A DNA stretch of 64,000 nucleotides. It comes from Octopus sinensis. Taxonomy: Eukaryota. The notes under the pieces were generated by a model that made no database searches, had not been told where the DNA came from, and worked only from the letters and a program-made list of their open reading frames with translations. Each line of letters starts with the position of its first letter. Position 1 is the stretch's first letter. The translations under genes and the position numbers were made by a program. This document shows positions 57,048 through 64,000 of this stretch, piece after piece. The stretch spans positions 1 through 64,000 of the forward strand of contig NW_021832274.1 in assembly GCF_006345805.1 (NCBI RefSeq). Reading direction: 5' to 3'.

Positions 57048-57520
57048 TGACGCAGTATCAGGCACTGTCTCTCATGGCTTCCAATTTTCACTTGATTGGC
57101 AGTGTTGTCATGTACATGATTTGTCTCAATATGAAAGATGGGCGACAGCAAATATTCTGCTCAACATCTCGGATTTGCTTTCCGTTGTCTGACCTTAACC
57201 AATTGAACATTTTCCTTGGAGGCTGATGGGATGTGCATCTCTGGTCACGAGCAGAAGTAGTGGGGGAACATCATAGCAATGTGTTCAGAGAAATTATTTA
57301 GGATTTGAATAATTCACCTCTGGAAACATGGATGTTTCGTTCAACATCCTTAAACAAGCGTTTTTCAGGGACCTTTTGGGCAAGATGGACTACTCAACCT
57401 GAAGAAAATTCTAACTGGGTCTCGTCTGCCAGCTCATGCGCTGTTTATCATAATATGAGAACAACATGTCGTGCACATATGGTTGTGATGCATGTGTCTA
57501 GTGTACCCTTATCAGACGGT
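57048..57520 (+). mobile_element. Putative 5' UTR of R4/Dong-like element
   Basis: Homolog of 17575-18060 and 38198-38430; follows (CAA)n/(TAA) and precedes the ORF relic, separated from it by a short (AAT)n. Confidence 0.55.
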
Positions 57521-57540
57521 TAGTTCTAATAATAATAATA

Positions 57541-59237
57541 CAGACCGGTACCCTACGAAAATGATGACTATCAAAATAAAAGGCCGGACGTTATTCCTCG
57601 TGTTCCGCAAATAAAATTTAAAAAAGCATAAATGGGCGAGTAAGGAATATATTTCAATATTATACGCTTATTTTACAGCAGTGCTCTACCCACAGGAAGA
57701 AAACACGAAAACATATACATATGAAATCTGGAAGAAAAATAACCTAGATAAAGATTTGGATGCAGCAATGAACACTAATAAACTAGCTAACATACGAAGA
57801 TATATTCTCAAAGCAAAAAAAAAAAATATATCAGAAATAGAAATAGAACGCTTAAAAGGAAAGATACATCAGGAAAACGTAGATAATAACCACACGGCAA
57901 TGCCAAACAATATCATAAGCACTGGGACTGTAAAACACAAAAACATACGTAACATGTCAAACAAAAACGAAGAAAAAAGGTGAAACTAATGATTACTGTA
58001 CTCTAAAAATGAGCATAATCAAAGAACTGAAAGCCACAGATCTTAGTATGGCCCACCGATTGTACCTCCCAAACATTAAAATTGATAGTAAAACAACATA
58101 TAGATAATATCCAGAAAAAATATGAAACAACACAAATAATATTCAGACAATAGATGAAAAAAGAGAGAGAGGGTCTGTCAATCCTGAATGAAACTAATAG
58201 ACAATAAACACTACTAAACAACAAAAGAAGAAGAAAAATACTTAGTAGATGCAAAATTACAGAACAAGGTACACCTGAGGTAAAAGAACAGCTAAAGTAA
58301 GATATCCTGGCCAAAGCACAAAGAATCCTCCGGTATGAAAAACGCCAACGTTTCTTTGAACAAAACAAACAGTTCAACTCCAACCCCAGAAGATTCTACC
58401 AAGAACTTGGCAAAAATAAAATAGAGATGAATGCAGCACCAAGAGAAGAAGTAGACGAATTTTGTAAAGAAATATCGTCAGCGAAGGAACAACCTCAGAA
58501 ATGATCCCTCAAAGCAACGAACACAGCACCTCAACAATTCTGGACCCCTATAACAACTGAAGGGATCACCAAGGCACTACAAAAATTAAGCGACTGGAAG
58601 GCACTGAGCATGACAAAATCTCCAACTTCTGGCTAATATACCTAACAGGAACACATAAAATGCAGAACCAGAGACAATGTCTAAATGGCTCACGGAAGGC
58701 AAAGCTGTCCTAATTTCCAAATCCACTGAAACGGCAAACCCACAAAATTACAGACCAATAACTTGTCTCCCTACAATTTACAAAGACTTTACTGTAATAA
58801 TATCGCAGAGAATGGGATAACAACTGGAAGAAAACCTCTTCCCAGAAGAGTAGAAGGGATGCTGCGAGGGCTCATACGGTTGTAAAGATCAACTACTGAA
58901 CAATAAAGCGATAAAGAAGAAAAGTCGATATACATAACAGGTTAGCTTGGAATGTTAGCTTGTGGAGTTGTGGTCGCTAAAAAAATTGGTAATAATACCA
59001 ATAATTGTCGGAGCCCTAGGAACAGTGAGCAAAATCTTGAGAAATACATGGAACAAATAGCGGCTGCAATAAGGGTGCAACACTTGCAGAAAACATCACT
59101 GCTTGGAACTGCTCGAATATTCCAGATGGTGCTCAAAAAATAAGGGGTGTTACCTTAGTTTACTGGTAGTGAACAGCTGACACTTTAGTACATCACCAGC
59201 GTTAAAAGCTGTGCAAAGGCAATAAAATACTAGAAGA
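57541..59237 (+). mobile_element. Decayed, internally deleted R4/Dong-like non-LTR retrotransposon (RT + RLE)
   Basis: ILRYEKRQRFFEQNKQFNSNP; GITKALQKLSDWKA; KWLTEGKAVLISKSTETANPQNYRPITCLPTIYK; LFPEE*KGCCEGSYGCKDQLL (RT domains 0-2); C-terminal LQKTSLLGTARIFQMVLKK*; 3' UTR then (AAT)n. Stops and frameshifts present. Confidence 0.85.
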
Positions 59238-59290
59238 ATAACAACAACAACAACAACAACAATAATAATAATAGTAATGATGATAATAAT

Positions 59291-59352
<62 letters not shown>

Positions 59353-59420
59353 TAATAATAATAATATTAATAATAATAATAATAATGATGATGATGATGA
59401 TGATGCTAATAATAATAATA

Positions 59421-59489
<69 letters not shown>

Positions 59490-59492
<3 letters not shown>

Positions 59493-59545
59493 AGAAAGAT
59501 AGATGCGAATAGGCCAGACATTATATTGAAAGACTTCAATATAAT
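59490..59545 (+). mobile_element. Tiny RLE-domain fragment embedded in (AAT)n
   Basis: Translates RKIDANRPDIILKDFN (the NRPD motif of the restriction-like endonuclease). Confidence 0.55.
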
Positions 59546-60567
59546 GTGCGATAAGAGACCTAGTGAGACATTTGACAACATGTTGCTGTCCGCTGTCACA
59601 GAATCAACTAGAGTAAGTAAGCCGAGGTCTTTGAGAAGTATAATAACAACAACAACAATTTCTGATTGTAGCCATGGTATTGAGATCGTCGGTCGTAGAA
59701 CTTGAGGCAAAGAGCATTTCCGTTTATGAATTTATGCCATGTGTCTTCTTTATCTTTGACCATACTGCACGATGCTAATACATTTGAAGTCCAGCGTTTG
59801 CCGTCTGGACGCGTTGTATTCTCTCCAATGTCCAATCTGCTTGTATACACCTGCATATCTTGAGGGATCCAGATCTGGTTAATTCGATGAGCAAGTGACT
59901 GTTGTGAATTTGATTTGTCGGAGTTATCACTTTGTGATGATTATAGCGATGATGATGATGATGTTGGCGATAGTGGTGGTGCTGGTGCTGGTGGCGGCGG
60001 CGACGGTGGTGATAAGGTAAGTGTAAAAAAATAACTCGAATTACAATAGTGTACAATCCAATTAAGTAGTTTAATTGATTCGGAATGTATGTTTATTTGG
60101 GTGAGCAACAAAATCAACATCAATTAGTGAACAATGATTAATTAACGAGTCTTCTCATTATTATTATTCACGGATGGACGGTGGAGTAGCTGAGTCATTA
60201 GAGCGTTTGAGTGAATGCCTTGTGATATTTGTTCCAGTTCTTTAGGTTCTGAGATCGAATGTCGCCGAAGTCAAACTTGTCTTTCATCCCTCCGTGGTCG
60301 ATAAATGAAACTACCTAGCCAATACTGGGATCCATAATACCACTCCTCAAAATTACAGGCCTTGTTATTGATTTCAGACATCAATGTCCGGACATACGTA
60401 TTCAGGAACATTAAAAAGGATTAAATTGGCACCAGCATTTACTCTGGTACGCTATTCTATCAGCCTCAGAATGATGAGAGGCAAATACGATCTCAGCGGG
60501 ATTTGAACTCATTAAAGTATATTAATACAATTCCACCAGACAATTTATTCAATGTTATCATGATCTT

Positions 60568-61076
60568 AAGGCGGCGATCTGGCAGAAACGTTAGCACGCC
60601 GAGCGATATGCCTAGCGGTATTGCGTCTGCCGTTACGTTCTAAGTTCAAATTCCACCGAGGTCGAATTTGCCTTTCATCCTTTCGGGGTCGATAAATTTA
60701 GTACCAGTTACGCCGCACTAGGGTCGATGTAATTGACTTAATACATTTATGTGTCCTTGTTTGTCTCCTCTGCGTTTAGCCCCTTGTGGGTAATAAAGAA
60801 ATAGGTATTTCGTCTGTCTTTATGTTCTGAGCTGAAATTCCGTCGAGTTCGACTTTGCCTTACATCCTTTCGGGGTCGATAAATTAAGTACCATATAATC
60901 GATATAATCGACTTAATCCGTTTGTCTGCCCTTGTTTGTTCCCTCTGTGTTTAGCTCCTTGTGGGTAGTAAAGAAATATAAGTAGGTATTTCGTCTGTCT
61001 TTACGTTCTGCGTTCAAATTCCGCCGAATTCGGAGTCGATACATTTCGGGCCTTGTGCCTAGAGTACAAAAGAAAG
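60568..61076 (+). mobile_element. SINE family B multimer: head, two tandem units and a partial third
   Basis: Head AAGGCGGCGA.CTGGCAGAAACGTTAGCACGCC; units restart at GTATTTCGTCTG at 60805 and 60986. Confidence 0.88.
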
Positions 61077-63684
61077 TTATCATGATCTTGCCAACAAAAT
61101 GTCGTTGGTTCCTTAACTATTCTAGCTATTTGTTAAAACATGTGATACAGTAGTGCCATCCACCAGTTGTGTTTAAATTTAGTCAACTGGTAGAATTTTG
61201 ATGGCTTTTAGCTTTTGTCGTCTATACGAAATGATTTCCTGAGACGTTTACCAGCTTACGGCTTTAGAAACAACACATCCAGGTTAGCTTAGAAGTGCGA
61301 ATTAATATTCATTAGAAAGACTTTTTCTGTCGGCTCAACCTGATTTTTTTCCACTAGTGATTTTAGCTATTTGCATTGAAAAGTACGTTCAATGCCGTAC
61401 ATCACTTTACCCACACAAAAACTAATTCACGCACAGGGATTTCTTGGACTTTTGATTCTAAGAATTGGTCTTACATGCTCTGTGTGTGTATGTGTCTGTA
61501 CATTTTGCATAGTTAAAAATATAGTACAGTACGCCATTGTGTAATAACATCCTGTCTTTAGAGAATATTCAATATCTTATACAATTGTTGAGAGTTCTTC
61601 ATTTCGATTCCTAATAAGTAGAGAAGAAACGGTTATTGTGACATTGATGCCTTAACAGACAGATTCACCTGCATGAGAAATGTACAATAGCATCGAGCAG
61701 GTATTAAAATTCCATTTAGTTGTTAATACTCCTGAAAAAGATTGGAATATCACAACCCTCTCATTTCTGTTGCTTTATAAATCCGGTGCCTTATGTGCAT
61801 TGCAGAAATCGATATGTGTACGATAAATAGTCGTCAAGGGAGCTTGCAGAATGCATTTATTGGGGAAAAATATAAAAGCAAAAGTTTAGTAGGGGCGTAA
61901 ATCAACTACCAGAAAGAATATGGTTAAGTGATAGCGCTTTAAAATAAGTAGGTGTAAAGAAAGATGGGTCATAGGTCACGTAACCACTTTCTTGTGATTA
62001 GTTGACGGGAATATTGTTCACGTAAGAACACGAGTGAGAAAGAGAGAGAGAGAGAAAGGGAAAGATATTTTAGCAATATGATTGTATTCATGAAATATCC
62101 GCACTTTCGTTTTTATGGATTAAGTGTGGTGGTGTTGGTGGGGGAATTTGTTCGCCATATTCTCTGCGAGCGGTCAATATCTAGAATTGTGATATGATTA
62201 TTCGAAGCAGTAAACTTGTCACTGCCAACTAGTCATTCAAAAATATGTTAAAGGGTACGTTTTACGCCCTTTTATATTATCTAGGAAGAGAAAGAAAAAA
62301 ATTGCAACTTTATTCTGATATCGTTTAGATAAATGTGAATGAAATTTCTGTTTTCACACCAGTTTCGAATGTTAAATCATGTGCGTAGGATGCGGTTCTA
62401 AAAAGTAAATAACTGCTTTTCTTCCTATAAAATTTGATGGGCGATGAGTTGAAGCCGAACCTAAGCTAGTAAGATACTATCTAGTGAGCTGGAAAATTAT
62501 CTCATTTGTACCCACCAATGGTAATCTTTGAACCTTATCTGGGAGTAAAGCAGAAAAAAAATGACTATAATGGAAAATCTAATTGTATTCCTTTTATCGT
62601 ATTATATTATTCTTAATTTATATACATAGATAAACACATAGATAGATCAATAGATACATACATACATCCTACATACACGAATATATGGTGCACATATATA
62701 AAGAACTACACTTATTCAAATACACATACGTGTCACACGATAATTCAATGAATATGACGTTCAGTTGATCAAACAAGTGAACGATCATACGTCGTTCTCG
62801 AAGGAAAGAATCACTCATACTTACATACATATTTACATAGATACATGCATATAGACACATACAATCGTATAAAAGTGTAGAGCATATATACACTTGAAGC
62901 GTGAGCCTTAACCAACGTTCAGTATCAACAGTGGGTCTCACGCCCCTTTCATATCTGAAGTACTTTTAAATATGATTCATTAATGCTTGAACATCACATG
63001 CGTAATTATAACCATAATTCGCTGAAACCCGTGAATGTTTATAAAGCATACATATGAAACCTGTTTTTTTCTATATGCATTTACATGCATATGTTCTGAA
63101 CTTATGTGTCAGGGTACGTGTGCATATATATGCGCATATATGTGTATGTGCGGGGTGAGTGGGAGATGAAATGAAACCATAACCTACAAGGGCAAAAGGG
63201 TATTGCTTTGCAAAAGGGTAGAATTAGCATGAGGTTTCAAGTCTTGACCCGCTGTGCAGAACCTTTGGTAAATGTCTAATGACATATCACTGGTCCTATC
63301 AATCACGTATGAGTAAATCTGGAATGGTATAAGGAAACTTTATAAAACCCGTATATGTATGTTTGTTAGTGTAGGTACGTATGTTTGTTTGTGTTTCACA
63401 TCCAGCGCATGACTCGATTCTGGCTTGCTCACGCACCCCCCCCCGTAACCTAGCTGTTCGGCAAGAGATTCTGATGGATCAAGATTCAGCTCTTTAAAAA
63501 TAAAATATTACTGAGATCGATATTTTGAACTAAACCATTCAAGCTGATGGCCCAGTAGGGCCGCCGTCCATTGACTAAAATAAGTAAATGCTAAAATATA
63601 TGATACATATGTACATGCATACCTACGTATATATGTATGTGTGTATGTATGTATGTATGTATGTATGTATGTATGTATGTATAT

Positions 63685-63981
63685 CTCTTCCAGTATTCTT
63701 TGAGTTGGTGTTTATGAATGTATTCCATAACAGAAGGATTTTCTAACTTTGTTTCAGGACAGTCTTTTTTTACGGATGGCATTGTAAACTGTTTTAGCAA
63801 CACCATTGTGCTGCATAGCGAGGTAGTACCGTGACGCTATTTTAGGATATCTGCTAATCACATGCGTAATGTTTTCCAGAGAAGCATGACGTAGACTATA
63901 CATGCGGTTGCACCTTGGGATTACAAAGGCATCACTCTCTCTCTTGTTCGGTAATCTCCTGTTCCTGGATTGTAAATGCAT
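63685..63981 (-). mobile_element. R4/Dong-like LINE fragment (zinc-knuckle region before RLE)
   Basis: LENITHVISRYPKIASRYYLAMQHNGVAKTVYNAIRKK resembles the E.I.H.I..C...A...Y..RH..VA motif; decayed. Confidence 0.65.
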
Positions 63982-64000
63982 GCATATATATATATATATA

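Noticed and set aside
57048-57115. HDV-like ribozyme at the start of the putative LINE 5' UTR
   Set aside because: Some pairings exist (CACTGTC/GGCAGTG, CCAAT/ATTGG), but the nested double pseudoknot and catalytic C could not be assigned by eye.
59945-60022. Exon ending GATAAG|GTAAGT
   Set aside because: Body is a GAT/GGT/GGC low-complexity tract, upstream frames are closed, and the acceptor is weak.

Overview
AT-rich eukaryotic DNA, probably intronic or intergenic, with no confidently identifiable protein-coding gene. Nearly all predicted ORFs are translations of microsatellites ((TA)n, (CA)n, (TACA)n, (GATA)n, (AAT)n, (GAA)n). The repeat families and microsatellite density look like an octopus/cephalopod genome (recognition from memory, not a database result). 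Transposon content: three tRNA-derived SINE groups, one of which forms diverged head-to-tail multimers; decayed R4/Dong-like non-LTR retrotransposon pieces with a restriction-like endonuclease, nearly always bounded by (TAA)n; a CR1-type LINE 3' end; a DD37D Tc1/mariner transposase relic; and a Helitron 3' end. The most interesting layer is structured non-coding DNA: (i) minimal type-I hammerhead ribozyme motifs of the Penelope/retrozyme kind (two near-intact, two decayed), (ii) several long foldback/palindromic elements whose centre or ends carry the hammerhead 3' half (GAAAC-palindrome-GUH), and (iii) a compact cassette with two tandem polypyrimidine-AG|GTAAGT sites resembling recursive-splice points or a small exon.
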